Assembly (NCBI RefSeq): GCF_009914755.1
Contig: NC_060929.1
Length of the DNA stretch: 64,000 nt
Reading direction: 5' to 3' (one strand)
DNA from: the human T2T-CHM13v2.0 reference genome, Homo sapiens
Positions 41,795 to 55,105 of the stretch are shown here, one piece after another (position 1 is the stretch's first letter; each line of letters starts with the position of its first letter). A model generated the notes under the pieces. That model ran no database searches and had not been told where the DNA came from. It was given only the letters and a program-made list of their open reading frames with translations. Made by a program: the position numbers and the translations under genes.

Positions 41795-42066
41795 TATCAT
41801 TCAACAAATATTTACCGGGTGCTCACTGAGCCCAGTAGAGTTCCATACAAAAGACACAGTCAAATACAACAGTCTTTATTCTTGAGAAATCCACATTCCT
41901 CTAGGGAGATAGACCACAGAAACAAGTACAATGCAGTGTGAAACTGAGAGTGCTGATCACAGAGGGCCCTAGGTGGCAGAGGAAGGGCTACTGACCCAGA
42001 CCAAAGAGATTTCCTGCAGGTGGTGACCCCAGACCTTAGTCTTCATGGGCAAATAAAGCTAACCAG
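41795..42066 (-). mobile_element. L2 3' fragment
   Basis: cattcaacaaatatttaccgggtgctcactgagcc. Confidence 0.65.
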
Positions 42067-42068
42067 CT

Positions 42069-42590
42069 CTATCAGTCTGGGTCCAGTCAGGGAAATGGAA
42101 CTCACACTGTGTAGTTCAAGATGAGGGATTTATAACAAAGCTGCAAAGGTGCTGGAAGAGTTGATAGGGCACACAGCAAAAGGTGAAGAAATTCAGAGGT
42201 TAGCACCTCCAGGAAACCACTCAGGCTCCCTAAGCTTGGAGAGATAAAAAGAAGAGATGATTGTACCTGTGAGGAGCAAGGGCATCTGGGGCTGCCATGT
42301 GGGAACAGAGCTATAAAAGTGTGTGCCCAGATGGGAGCTGGAACCAGAGAGAACATGCAGTATTGCCTGGGAAGCTACCTGTAGCACAGATGAGGGGAAA
42401 ATCCCCTGATTTCTGTCTTCTTTCTGCATACCAGTTTTTCATCCCTGCCTCCCAGTGCCCAAGTAAAGGAGTCTAAAGAATGTGTTTTGCACGGGTCAGC
42501 TCCCAGTGCTACTGAAGAGAGCTGGGAAAAGTTGGGGAATGGATGGGAGAGCAAATGGACAAATAAGAAGCAGAAGACCACGCAGGGATA
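42069..42590 (-). mobile_element. Ancient ERV LTR (LTR78/79-like, uncertain)
   Basis: tatcagtctgggtccagtcagggaaatggaactcacac start; GC-richer block. Confidence 0.4.
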
Positions 42591-42788
42591 TTGAGGGACA
42601 AGAGAAAAATACAAGTCTGGAGGAGGTGTGAGCTGCTCAATATGGTTGGATCGCAGGCAGACAATGGAAACTGGTGAAAGATATTATTAGGCAGGTAACC
42701 CATCTCTAGACCATAGATAACCCTGTGATCATTCTAAGAAGTTTGCATTTTTTTGGTCAAGATCTGAGTCGTTGAAGGTTCTGGTGTG

Positions 42789-42790
<2 letters not shown>

Positions 42791-42820
<30 letters not shown>
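42791..42820. repeat. (TG)15 microsatellite
   Basis: Directly visible. Confidence 0.97.
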
Positions 42821-42824
<4 letters not shown>

Positions 42825-44645
42825 CATGCAATGTTTTTGTTAAAATCAAATAAAAACACATACATGATTTTTTTGTAAGTCCAGAAGTAAAGAGCTGAAA
42901 GTTGTTGAAAACCACTGTGGTGCACACCATCCTTTCTTGCCCCATTTCTGCTTCTCAAAAGAATCCCTTTTAGCTACCTCTGTTTCAGTTATTTGAGTGG
43001 TTTCATTAGCAAGTTGACTTGTGATGCTACTTCATGATGCTATTTCTTCTTGATTTTACAAATGTAGACATTTTATCTTGAGGACTCCTTTGCTATAGGA
43101 GATAAGGACTTAGTACATTTATGTTAAAACCCCCATTTCTCTCTTTTACTTCTAATTTTTGATAAGTACACTATTATTTTTAGCTATTCTGTTTTTCTTT
43201 AACCCTTTGGAACTTTAAATGATCATTCCTTTTGTCCAAGCCATGTTTAACAATATCTGTTGATAACTCCTCCTACATTGTGCAGTGGGGATGTGAATGT
43301 TCCTATATTCCCTTTCACTGCTCATTACCTGCTTCCATTTCCTGACTTTTGCTAGCTTTAAATTCACTTATTAGTCTGGAGCATAATTACATATATATAA
43401 GCTGACTTCTGAGAGATGAAATATAACATATACTGTAAAGTGGCGAAATCCTTCAAGTCTTTCTGACCCTAGAGTCCACTTTTAATACCACTATTCTCCA
43501 TTCCAAGGTGGAGTGTACATTAATCCTTTAGATTCAAGGCTATGTTGGAAACAGATGATGTGATTAAAAACCATATCCTTACTAATGTCTCCATTATTTT
43601 TTTCTAGAATAAAGTGGTCATTTAGGCAAAAGTATTTTAACTAGCCTTGAAATAATAGAACTTGTTTTCCTATTCTAAAGTCAATTTAAGGGGAAATTAG
43701 TTTATATATAAGTTCATATCTCAATGATAAAATAATCACAGAAAACTGATTTGTCTTTGGAAAAATAAACAAAATCCTTCTCAAAAGAGAAGGTAGAACT
43801 GTCAGTGTGATTATACCTTTCTCTATGCAGCTGATGAGGCCTTAGAAAGTTGCCTGCTAATCACATCTTTAATAAACAGAATTGCATTGCAGGATCATTA
43901 ATGGACCTCACAATTCAAAATAATTCCATGATGACTCTTTTTTATGGTACAGAATTCTTTTATGGTACAAATAATCATCTTCAGTTTATTTTTCAGTCAA
44001 TCTAAGTTTTCACATATTGACTTTGCTTAATTCACGACACAGCTGTGTTTATGGAGAAAACTGAACTTTTGTAGATGAGTAACATTATCATCATTCATTT
44101 TCTCCAGACTATGAAGAATAGGCAAAGATGACAGCTATGATCCTTCAGGCTTGCCAAGAGCTTACCAGAGTGATCTTTTATAAACATGAGATGGATATTT
44201 TCCCTAAGACACACACACTTTCAGTTCCTTTAAAAAACTTTCCATGAAGCCTGAGCCAGGGAGGAAAGACAGATAAGACTGCTGTCCACCTCTATCTGCC
44301 TCCTGTCGTCCTTGCTTCCTTCACACATCCTCACCTCTAAGATTAAGAGAGAAGCTAATCAATATTTTTTAGAGTCTCTCAAATTAGAAGTGGCCACTTT
44401 CTGCAGCCTCTTCAGCAGTCCCAATATGGCTCTCGGTTGTTTCATGGGGTCATCAGTCTTAAAATAGAGTGAGACCTGGTGGTACAGGTTTGATAAATTT
44501 TGCTCGGTAAACTCAGCAGATTTACCTATCTACTGAAGGTAGACCATAATATTAGGCAACTTAAGACTTCTGATGATGCCATAGAGAAAATAATAAGTTT
44601 CCAGTAAAGCCATTTCTGGGAATCCAATCTAACAGACGTTAACTC

Positions 44646-44939
44646 TTTTTTTTTTTTTTGAGACAAAGTTTTGCTCTTGTTGCCCAGGCTGGTGTGCAAT
44701 AGCGTGATCTCGGCTCATTGCAACCTCAGCCTCCAGGTTCAAGCGATTCTCCTGCCTCAGCCTCCCAAGTAGCTGAGATTACAGGCATGCGCCACCGTGC
44801 CCAGCTAATTTTGTATTTTTAGTAGAGACGGGGTTTCTCCATGTTGGCCAGGCTGGTCTCAAACTCCTGACCTCAGGTGATCCACCCACCTCGGCCTCCC
44901 AAAGTGCTGGGATACAGGCATGAGCCACCGTGCCTGGCC
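44646..44939 (-). mobile_element. AluSp-like
   Basis: gcatgcgcc, gtttctccatgttgg, gctcttgttgccc diagnostics; degenerate TSD cagacgttaac / cagatgttaat. Confidence 0.92.
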
Positions 44940-45311
44940 CAGATGTTAATTTTTAAAAAGAAGCATAAAACCTTATTTTATTTTTATAACAGGATAAAAA
45001 TTAAAGAATCAAAGTAGCTAGCAGTAAGGGAAGGAAAGATGATGTACCTCATGAGATACCAGGCAGCCAGTATAAGGATAATTATGAAGACTATGGAGCG
45101 ACCAGGAAAATGGTTCTGATAAACACATGTGCTCTAATTACAGTGATACAAGGAGACAAACATCTATGGATGACTACTGGAGATGAATACACATGTTTTG
45201 TTTGGGAGGACCAGTTGCAAGTAACATTTGCATAACTTCCAAGTATTGTTAATACTGTTGTATGATCTTTATGATAAAAGAGGAGAAACATGTTAGAGGT
45301 TATTAAAATCA

Positions 45312-47558
45312 TTTTTTTTTTTAGCTTTTATTTTAAGTTCAGGAGTACATGTTCAGGTTTGTTATACAGGTAAACTTGTGTCATGGGGTTTGTTATACAG
45401 ATTATTTGTTCACTCAGGTATTAAGCCTAGTACTCATTAATTATCTTTCCTGATCCTCTCCCTCCTCCCACCCTCCACCCTCCAATAGGGCCCAGTGTGT
45501 GTTGTTCCCTTCTATATGTCCATGTGTTCTCATGACTTAGCTCCCACTTAAAAGTGAGAACATGCAGTATTTGGTTTTCTGTTCCTTCATTAGTTGGCTA
45601 AGGATAATGGCCTCTAGCTCTATCCATGTCCCTGCAAAGGACATGATCTCATTCTTTTTTATGGCTGCATAGTATTCCATAGTGTATGTGTACCACATTT
45701 TCTTTATCCAGTTCAGCATTGATAGGCATTTAGGTTGATCCCATATCTTTGTTATTGTAAATAGTGCTGCAATGAACATATGGATGCATGTGTCTTTATG
45801 ATAGAACAATTTTATTCATTTGGGTATATACCCAGTATGGGATTGCTAGGTTGAATGGTAGTTTTATTTTTAGATCTTTGAGGAATCACCACACTGTTTT
45901 CCATAATAGCTGAACTAATTTACACTCCCATCAACAGTGTATAAGCATTTCTTTTTCTCCACAATCTCGCCTGCATCTCTTATTTTTTGACATTTTAATA
46001 ATAGCCATTCTGGCTTGTGTGAGAGAGTAACTCACTGTGGTTTTAATTTGCATTTCTTTAATTTGCATTGCAAATCCTAGGTGTAAGAAAGAGAGAGGTG
46101 CCCCTCCTATCTGGGGCTCAATGATATTGAGCTTTTTTTCATATGCTTTTTGGCTGCAAGTATGTCTTTTGACAAGTGTCTATTAATGTCCTTTGCCCAC
46201 ATTTTGATAAGGTTTTTTTTTCTCTTGTAAATGTAAGTTCCTTATGGATTCTGGGTATTAAACCTTTGACAGATGCATAGTTTGCAAATATTTTCTCCCA
46301 TTCTGTAGGTTGTCTGTTTACTCTGTTGATAGTTTCTTTTGCTGCATAAAAGATCTTTTGTTTAGTTAGGTCCCATTTGTCAATTTTTGCTTTTGTTGAA
46401 ATTGCTTTTGGCATTTTTGTCATGAAATCTTTGCCCATTCCTGTGTCCAGAATGGTATTTCTTAGGTTATCTTCAAGGGTTTTTATAGTTTTGGGTTTTA
46501 CATTTAAGTCTTTAATCCATCTTGAGTTAATTTTTGTATATGGTGTAAGGAAGGGGTACAGTTTCAATCTTCTGCATATGGCTAGCCAGTTATCCCAGGA
46601 GCATTTATTGAGTAGGGAGTCCTTTCTCTATTGCTTGTTTTTGTTGACTTTGTGGAAGATTAATTTTTGTGGAAGATCAATTTGTTGTTGGTGTGTGGCC
46701 TTATTTCAAATCTCTTTATTGTGTTCTATTGGTCTCTGTGTCTGTTTTTGTACCAGAACTGTATTAGTCCATTTTCATGCTGCTGATAAAGACATACCTG
46801 ACACTGGGCAATTTACAAAAGAAAGAGGTCTATTGGACTCACAGTTCCATTTGGCTGGGGAGTTCTCACAATCATGGCAGAAGGTGAAAGGCATATCTCA
46901 CATGGCGGCAGACAAGAGAAGAGAACTTGTTCAGGGAAACTCCCGTTTTTAAAACCATCAGATTGTGTGAGACTCATTCACTACCATGAGAACAGCACAA
47001 GAAAGACCCATCCCCATAATTAAATCACTTCCCACTGGGTTCCTCCCATGACATGTGAGAATTGTGGGAGTTATTCAAGATGAGATTTGGCTGGGGACAC
47101 AGCCAAACCATATCAAGTACCATGCTGTTTTGGTTACTGTAGCCCTGTGGTATAGTTTGGTGTTGGGTAGCATGTTGCCTTTAGCTTTATTCTTTTTTCT
47201 TAGGATTGCTCTTTTTTTAATTCCATATGAATTTTACAATAGTTTTTTCTAGTTCTCTGAAGAATGTCTTTGGTAGTTTAATAGGAATAGCATTGAATCT
47301 ATAAATTGCTTTGGGCAGTATGGCCATTTTGACAATATTGATTCTTCCTATCCATGAGCATGGAATGTTTTCCCGTTTCTTTGTATCATCTCTGATTTCT
47401 TTGAGCAATGTTTTGTAGTTCTTCTTGTAGAGATTTGTCACCTCCCTGGTTAGTTGTATTCCTAGGTATTTTATTCTTTGGGTGGCAATTGTAAATGGGA
47501 TTACATTCCTGATTTGGCTCTCAGCTTGACTTTTCTTGGTGTATAGGAATGCTAGTGA
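45312..47558 (-). mobile_element. 5'-truncated L1PA11-13-like LINE, interrupted by THE1B
   Basis: Poly(T), 3' UTR ggtaaacttgtgtcatgggg; ORF2 fragments 45537-45809, 46139-46567, 47217-47441. Confidence 0.92.
46760..47115 (-). mobile_element. THE1B-like solo LTR
   Basis: tgtattagtccattttcatgctgctgataaagacatacc...ggggacacagccaaaccatatca; TSD agaac / agtac. Confidence 0.92.
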
Positions 47559-48082
47559 AAATAGTTTGTTTGTTTGTTTGTTTCTTACAGGAAAAAAGTA
47601 AATAAAAAGAAAAGGAATCCTGAGAAGTAGAGGTATCTAAAATGAATTACTTTTACTCGTTAACATCCAACTCTTGCTTGAGATTTCAAATATGTTTGGG
47701 CAAGTAACGAGTTTTCTCATTGATGAATTCTTGCTTAACAACCTTATAGAAATCTTTGGGAGAAAACTGGAAGGAAGACCTTAGGAAACTGAGTACAGTC
47801 AGTCAGATAAATGAATGATCCTAGAATGGCAGGAAGAAGCAGGGGAGAATGAAAGAGAAAAGGAGAGCCAGGAATTACTACTTATGAAGTACCTACTATT
47901 TGCTAGATTTCTTTAGCACACACATGAAACATTTAGTACCAGCTACAAAGGAGGTGCTCAATGCATAACTATTTTATTAGTTGTATTATTTCTGCTTCTA
48001 TTAGCACTCTGTGAGTTAGATATTTGTAAACTCTATAATCCGTTCCACAAATTAAGGCTATGGAAGCATTCACATCGCCTTA

Positions 48083-48090
<8 letters not shown>

Positions 48091-48115
<25 letters not shown>

Positions 48116-48398
48116 TTTTGAGACGGAATCTCGCTCTTTTGCCCAGGCCGGAGTGCAGGGCGCTATCTCAGCTCACCGCAAGCTCCGCCTCCTGGGTTCA
48201 CGCCATTCTCCTACCTCAGCCTCCCAGTGGCTGGGACTACAGGTGCCCGCCACCACGCCCGGCCAATTTTTTGTATTTTTAGTAGAGGCGGGGTTTCACC
48301 GTGTTAGCCAGGATAGTCTCGATCTCCTGACCTCGTCATCTGCCCGCCTCGGCCTCCCAAAGTGCTGGGACTACAGGCGTGAGCCACCGCGCCCGGCC
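48091..48398 (-). mobile_element. AluY
   Basis: gcaagctccgcctcc, cacgccattctcc, gtgttagccaggat; 16-bp TSD tc(g/t)ccttacttttctt at 48075-48090 and 48399-48414. Confidence 0.95.
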
Positions 48399-49104
48399 TC
48401 TCCTTACTTTTCTTATGTGCCTTATTATTAAGAAGACCGGTATCTCCCTTGAAATCCTCCCCTTCTCTTGAATTGCCCTTTACCACAGGGACAAGGAGGG
48501 ACAGTGAGACTGGCTTTCCTAGAATGGCATTGTTTCTATGTAGAGCAGTATTTTGTTTTGTTTTGTTTTCTGGGAATGAGTGAAAATTATGAATGCAGGT
48601 CTCTCTAAAAACACATATATTCATATAGGAGAAAAATAGTTTGCATCATTTCAAGAAGTCTACTTTGGCCTTCAACCTAGAAACACCTGATCTGGTGATA
48701 GTGACAGCAATTATACATCTGGTATCCAGTGGCAGTGAGCTCCAATGATGTAGATGACAACTTCACTCACAATGTAAGACTTCCCATTTTTTCTACCTCT
48801 CTCTCCTCTGAGGATGGACCCCAAAAAGGTCAGAAAGCAGAGCAAGCATGTTGAGGGATGAGAAATCCTAGATGGAAGAAAGAGAGAGGTGCCACTCCTA
48901 TTTGGGGCAGAGGAGAGGATTTGATCACAGGTCAAGCACAGTTTTGATAACTTTATTTGGGACTATATATCCTAATATCATAATTGAAACCTGTTTGGGA
49001 CTTAAAGTGATCAAACCATTTTTAAAAAATGGAGTCCTTTCAGAAAAAGAGTTATAAGCCAGGGAATTATTGCTCCACTAAATATGTTTTAAAGGACAAC
49101 AGAT

Positions 49105-49305
49105 GACAATAATACATCTGCATTTTAGCATACATTATTTTGCATACTCATAATAAACCAATGAGATAGGCACCATACTGTCTCTAATTTATGAATCAGC
49201 AAACTGAATTACAGAGGAGTGAAACCACGTGCCTGAGGTCACATAGCTCATAAGTCTTATTTTATACCTAAGCAGTTTGAATTCAGAGCTGGTTTCCTTA
49301 ACCTC
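49105..49305 (-). mobile_element. MIR
   Basis: atgagataggcacc...aaactgaattacagagg...gcctgaggtcacatagct. Confidence 0.7.
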
Positions 49306-49964
49306 AAGTATCTTAATAACTTGGATTAATTTTCATTCCTGAGAAATCTGCCTCCCTTTTGGAGAGCTGATTGGTACATCACTGAGGCATATTCCACATA
49401 GAAGACAGAGTGGACTCAATGAGAATACCCGCAGAATGGCTGCCTAGACATTTTTTTATGAGATCATTATCCCACTTAGGCTCTTGGGCCCCACTATGTC
49501 TCCACAGAAAAACACATTAGATCCAAATGGAATGATTGTATTTTGGCCATTGTCTATTTAGGACAAGCAATGTCCTGTAAAACATTATTCGGCTTCCCGG
49601 AATGTTGGCAGAAACTTAGCTAAACCGATAATGCTGTACCTAGACATGTATAGCTAGTTTGAATATTTGACTTATTTAGATAGAAATATCTTGATAAAAA
49701 TTTTATTCCTTGAAAGCCAAGCTGTATAAACATTCTGAAAAATTTAGGCCATTCTGAGACATTTGAGTCTATTAGTTGACTTTGAAGTACAGGATTTCGT
49801 ATACCATATATTATGTGCTTACTTACATGTGTAAAACCCAAGCAATTTTCTTTAGACTCTCAGGATAATTATCTCCTATTTTTCTCTGGCATCAACCAAA
49901 ATTCCTAAACAGTAGGCAAAACCTCATTCGATGTCCTGTTGTGTTTTTCCTTGTTCAAATTCCT

Positions 49965-50090
49965 GGCTAGGCTGTGAGCCCTATGAGAGTAAGGACCCAG
50001 TCGCTCTTGTTCCTGTCTGCATCATGAACGTTTAAGGGAGTAGCTAGCACAGGGTAGGGGCTCAGCAAATATTTTTGAATGAATAAACAA
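49965..50090 (+). mobile_element. L2 3' end
   Basis: ctaggctgtgagccctatgagagtaaggacc...gctcagcaaatatttttgaatgaataaa. Confidence 0.7.
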
Positions 50091-50117
50091 AGAAACTAGA
50101 ATAAAGGTTACTATGCT

Positions 50118-50480
50118 GTGTTGGTTAATTTTATGTGTCAACTTGTCTAGGTTACAGTGCCCAGATGTGTAGTTAAACATCAGTCTAGATGTTGCTGTGA
50201 AGACATTTTTTAAGATGAAATTAACATTTAGATTAGTAGACAGAGTAAAGCTGTTTACCTGCTATAATGTGGGTGGGCCTCATCCAGTCTAATGAAGGCC
50301 TTAAGAGAAAAGGCTGAAGTGCCCCCTAGAAAGAAGGAATTCTGCCTTCAGACTGCTTTTGGACCCAGTTTGCAACAACAACTCTTCTGTGGGTCTCCAG
50401 CCTGCTAGTATGCTCTGCAAATTTGAGCTTGCCAGCTCCCATAATTATGTGAGTCAATTTCTTAAAATAATCTATCTATC

Positions 50481-50521
<41 letters not shown>

Positions 50522-50591
50522 GTGAGTCAATTTCATAAAATTAACTATGTATCTATCTATCTAGTGAGTCAATTTCTTAAAATTAACTATG

Positions 50592-50639
<48 letters not shown>

Positions 50640-50743
50640 ATCTATCCATCCATCCATCTGTGCATGTGCATGGATGGATACACATGCACATGCATGTGAA
50701 ACAGAAACACAATTGGTTCTGTTTCTCTGGGGACCCTAATACA
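50118..50743 (+). mobile_element. MLT2 (MLT2C/D-like) ERVL solo LTR
   Basis: ggttaattttatgtgtcaacttg...aatgtgggtgggcctcatcca...ttggttctgtttctctgg...ctaataca. Confidence 0.88.
50449..50658. repeat. Compound (TCTA)n STR with triplicated gtgagtcaatttc(t/a)taaaat unit
   Basis: Unit starts at 50449, 50522 and 50564, interleaved with TCTA runs and ending in TCCA. Confidence 0.95.
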
Positions 50744-52884
50744 TATGAATTTTATTTTTATTAATTTCTAGGATAAAATAAAATATTAAAAGGTCTACCT
50801 AATGTCATTCAAGAGGATGGCTTTTAACTTTTCGGTAGATATGGCTGCAGAGCTTCCAGTTCAGCTGGGGTTGTTCACATGGAATCAGAGTTCAGGCTAT
50901 CTGTTCATCATATTCTTATTTTTTTTGCCTAGACTGTAAATACTAGCTTCCTGAGTTGTGAAAGGAAGGGTTAAATGAGCATTCTTACATCTTGTGAGCT
51001 TCTTCTAGCAGCCAAACCACCAACTTGTAGTTCCAGATTACAGATCCAATCTGTTGCATATGAATGATAACTTTGGCTGTATTGCTGTGTTCTCAAGCCA
51101 ATCTTTCAATCATTTTATTCTCTAATCCAGTTTGTATGGCTATACCTGGCTAATTCACCTTCTAATTTCCATATCAGCAGCCAATTATGTGGATTGTTCC
51201 ACTATAGCCAAAAGATTTGAGTCACTTTATAGCATTAAAGGTAAGTGAAACCAAATCGACTCACAATCAAGGCTTATTGATTAAATTTCAACATTTGAAA
51301 AACTGTGTGTTTTTTTTCCTTTTTTTTTTTTTGGACACAGAACCCCCTTTACAGATAGAAACGAGGCAATGACCAAATACAGAAGAGAGTGTGGGTTAAT
51401 AATGTTTTTTTTTTTAAAGCTAAATTGTCTAAGAAATGTTTCTAAATTGAGTGCTTAAAATAGAAAATAATTCTTCAACTCAATGGAAGGATTGAAAATG
51501 TTGCCAAATCCTTGTCATTTTCACCAACTGAGAACCAGGAGATTAAATTAAGAAGACCATACAAATGTTGAGGCTTCCTGGATATTAAAAACAGCCTTGA
51601 GAGAAATGACCATAAAACATAATTTTGAACTCATATTGGATGGGGGACACTGGACAGGTTATAGAGATGTGGTGTATGGCACAGCATGCATTTCGGCATG
51701 AGTTTGTTGGGACTGAATGGTGATGAGTAAACCATAGGAACAATGAGATGGAAGGGAAGATTTAGAGAGTAGGGGATGACAGCTTAGAGCATTATCAACA
51801 AGAGGCTGGAAAGTGATTCAAATGTCAGAGATAGCGTGTATCTCCATTTGCTGGTAATCTAATTGGCTATACCATACATACACATTCATTAGAACTTTGT
51901 ATTTAATATTTCTAATTGCTCCATCTGACAACATATTATCTAAAACAGCAACATGGAGCTTCCCCTCCAAATGCACCTGCTATACCCAAATAAGCCAGTA
52001 ATCAAGGTGTTGCTAGTTGCACATGTCCCCTTACTTGAAAATTGACCTTTGTATTTTGGTTAATATTTTATATGGCATCTCTTCCAGATTCTCTGTTGTA
52101 AATAGGATGCTCCTCTCTCACTGACAAATCCTGATAAGCTTTCTTCTTCCCAAATAATTTCATGACGTACATAAAAGTTTCTATATTTCACATGGTTTTG
52201 GGAGTTTGCCCTATATACCAGCTCAGCATAACTAGTCAATGAGTAATGCTCAAAGCCTAAGATGCTCCAGAGGTGTCACCAGGGCATCTGCAAAGAGAAA
52301 TGAGGTTGTTTGGGTCTCTACCTTTTATTTCAACCAGAGAGCTTGGTTTTTAAGCTTGTTACACTTCGATGACTAATTTTTGAGTTTGTTTGAAGAAGGC
52401 TTCCACTGCTCACAAGAAAAAAAACGGAAAACTGATGTTCTAGGCTATTTTCTTTCTCCGATTCTGACCTGCACCCTTAACATAGGGAATAATATAAAGT
52501 TCTGCATACAAATTCAGGGGAATAATTTCATTTTCAAAGAGGAAACATAGCCAATTTACAATTTTATTTGTGTAATACTTGCACATTTTATAAGTCTGTT
52601 TCATGACACTGAATATGAATACTCAACAAATAAGGGTTTTCTCAGTTAAATTTGTATCTTCAAAGCTTTGTGAAGGTATGTTCATTTCTGCTTCATTATC
52701 TGTCTGTCGATTGTTTGAAGAATTGGTATCTTTATATAAATCTTTTCTCTCCATGCTCTTGCAATGTTATATTGCAAATGAGTGTCTTGTGACAAGGCAG
52801 TGTATGAGTGAAGGAAAAAACTCATTGAGATTTGACATGTAATATAACCCTTATATTTTTTATGATTCTCTCAAAAGTAACACC

Positions 52885-53400
52885 TGTGGTAGGCAGAATA
52901 ATCCCCCCCTGTCTGAATAATGGTAGGCAGAATAACAGCCCCTCAGATGTATACATGTTAATCCTTGGAATCTGTGAATATGCTACCTTACTTGGCAAAG
53001 GGACTCTGCAAATGTGATTAAGAATCTTCAGGTGGAGCAATTATCCTGTTATGCTAAATCATCTGAGCGAGCCCAGTGTAATTACAAAGGTCTTTATAAG
53101 GGGAAGCTGGAAGATTAGAGTGAAAGGAAGATTTGTAAGTGATATGTTGCTGGCTTTAAAAATGGACGGAGGGCCCATGACCCCAGGAATACAGGCAGCC
53201 TGCAGAAACTGGAAGAGGCACAGACACAGATATACCCCTAGAGCCTCCATGGAGTAATGGAGCCCTGTGGACGCCTCCATCTTAGCCCATTCAGACTGAT
53301 TTGGACTTCTGACATCCAGAATAGTAAGATAATAAATCTGACTTATTTTAACTCACTAATTATCTGGTAATTTGTTATAGCAGCAATGGAAAATAATACA
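52885..53400 (+). mobile_element. MLT1D solo LTR with duplicated 5' end
   Basis: tggtaggcagaataa twice (52887, 52921); ends gcagcaatggaaaataataca; TSD acacc / atacc. Confidence 0.88.
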
Positions 53401-53538
53401 ATACCCACCTCGTAATTGCAAAAACTGGATGGGGAGATGGCATTTAGTATTGGCAAAAAATGCGAAGAGGTGGGAAGCTCGTGTGCTGCATGTGAAAGTA
53501 TAACCTGGTATACCTATTCTAAAAAGCAATTTGGAAGT

Positions 53539-54198
53539 TGAAATGGTTTTGCTGTGTCCCCACCCAAATCTCATCTTGAATTCCCATGTGTTGTGAGAGG
53601 GACCCAGTGGGAGCTAACTGAATTATGGGGCCAGGTCTTTCCCATGCTGTTCTTGTGATAGCAAATAAGTCTCGTGAGTTCTAATGGTTTTAAAAACAGG
53701 AGTTTCCAGCTGGGCGCAGTGGCTTATGCCTGTAATCACTGCACTTTGGGAGGCCGAGGCGGGTGGATCACCTGAAGTCAGGAGTTCGAGACCAGCCTAG
53801 CCAACGTGGTGAAACTCTGTCTCTACTAAAAACATAAAAATTAGCCAGGCGTGGTGGTGGGTGCCTGTAATCTCAGCTACTCAGAGGCACGAATATCGCT
53901 TGAACCCAAGAGATGGAGGTTGCAGTGAGCCAAGATTGTGCCAATGCACTCCAGCCTGGGTGACAAAGTGAGACTCCACCTTAAAAAAACAAAACAAAAC
54001 AAAACCCAGGAGTTTCCCTGCACAAGCTCTCTCTCTCTTTGCCTGCCACCATCCATGTAAGCTGTGACTTGCTCCTCCTTGCCTTCCCCCATGATTCTGA
54101 AGCCTTGCCAGCCATGTGAAACTTTAAGTCCATTAACCCTCTTTTTCTTCCCAGTCTCAGGTATGTCTTTAGCAACAGTGTGAAAACAGACTAATGCA
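53539..54198 (+). mobile_element. THE1A-like solo LTR split by an Alu
   Basis: tgtgtccccacccaaatctcatcttgaattccc...ggagtttccctgcacaagc...aaacagactaatgca; TSD gaagt / gtagt; flanks resemble old L1ME. Confidence 0.88.
53708..54006 (+). mobile_element. AluSx-like inside THE1A
   Basis: Dimeric Alu with (AAAAC)n tail; TSD caggagtttcc at 53697-53707 and 54007-54017. Confidence 0.93.
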
Positions 54199-54834
54199 GT
54201 AGTGCTTAGTGAAATTAAATATGCATTTGTTCTATGTTCTAGATTTTCTCCTCTTGTATACATATTCCAGAGAAATATTCTCATATAGTTCCATAATAAC
54301 AGTCATGTTCAAGGATTTTTTTACAGTAGGATTTATACTAGTGGGAAGTTGAAGAAAACCTAGGTGCTTATCTCGAAGGTAAGAAATAATTGAACTGGTA
54401 AAATACTGTGCATCCATTAGAAATGGTGAGCCAAATCTATATATCAATATAGTTAGATCTTCTAAACAAATGTTACATGAAAAAGGTAAAAACATATTTG
54501 TTTCTCAGGCTACTTATATAACAAAAAACAGCATTGCTTTATTTATTCAACTGTTGATTTCTATTAGTATGGACTTACAGATATTTATTTTACCCTACGG
54601 GTTACAATCTATTACTTTTGTTATTTATTTCTTGTTCAAATTGTTCTATTTTTGACCGTTAAGAACTCTTCCAAATTGGCTCCTGTGGCATATTTATCTT
54701 TAACTGAATTAAATTACTTATATCTTTAGCATAATCTTTTCAAGATATTTACTCAAAATTTGGTCGTATTACAAAAAGATAAAAAAGAGGAAGAAGTAAA
54801 ACAAAACATTTGGCTTAGTCTTAGCATGGTTTTG

Positions 54835-55105
54835 GAGAAGTAACAATGTTTAGTGTTCTATGCCACTGTAGGATGACAGCAGTCAACAACAAAACATAGT
54901 TTCAAGTAGCTGGAAGGAGGATAGTGAATGTTCCCAATACAAAGAAATAATAAAAATTTGAGATGATAGATATGTTAATTACCCTGATCTCATCACTATA
55001 CATTATATATATTAAAACATCACTATATGCCTCATGAATATGTACAATTATTATTTTTCATTAAAAAGTAAAATTATACCTAAAAACAATAAAAATAAAT
55101 TTTAA
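54835..55105 (+). mobile_element. L1MA4/5-like 3' end
   Basis: gaatgttcccaatacaaagaaat...taattaccctgatct...aatatgtacaattatta. Confidence 0.8.

Noticed and set aside
43938-46680. Small tandem duplications (tttatggtaca twice near 43940; tttgtggaagat twice near 46650)
   Set aside because: Ordinary slippage duplications with no further signal.
46845-46870. PRDM9 hotspot motif in the THE1 LTRs
   Set aside because: THE1B reads actccccagccaa (minus strand) and THE1A reads ccttgccagccat near 54102; neither fits CCNCCNTNNCCNC.
46377-46952. 191-aa ORF
   Set aside because: Antisense L1 ORF2 read through into THE1B, with a non-ATG start.
50449-50600. Repeat-spacer-like pattern resembling a CRISPR array
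   Set aside because: The spacers are TCTA microsatellite, the repeat is LTR sequence, the context is primate and there are no cas genes.
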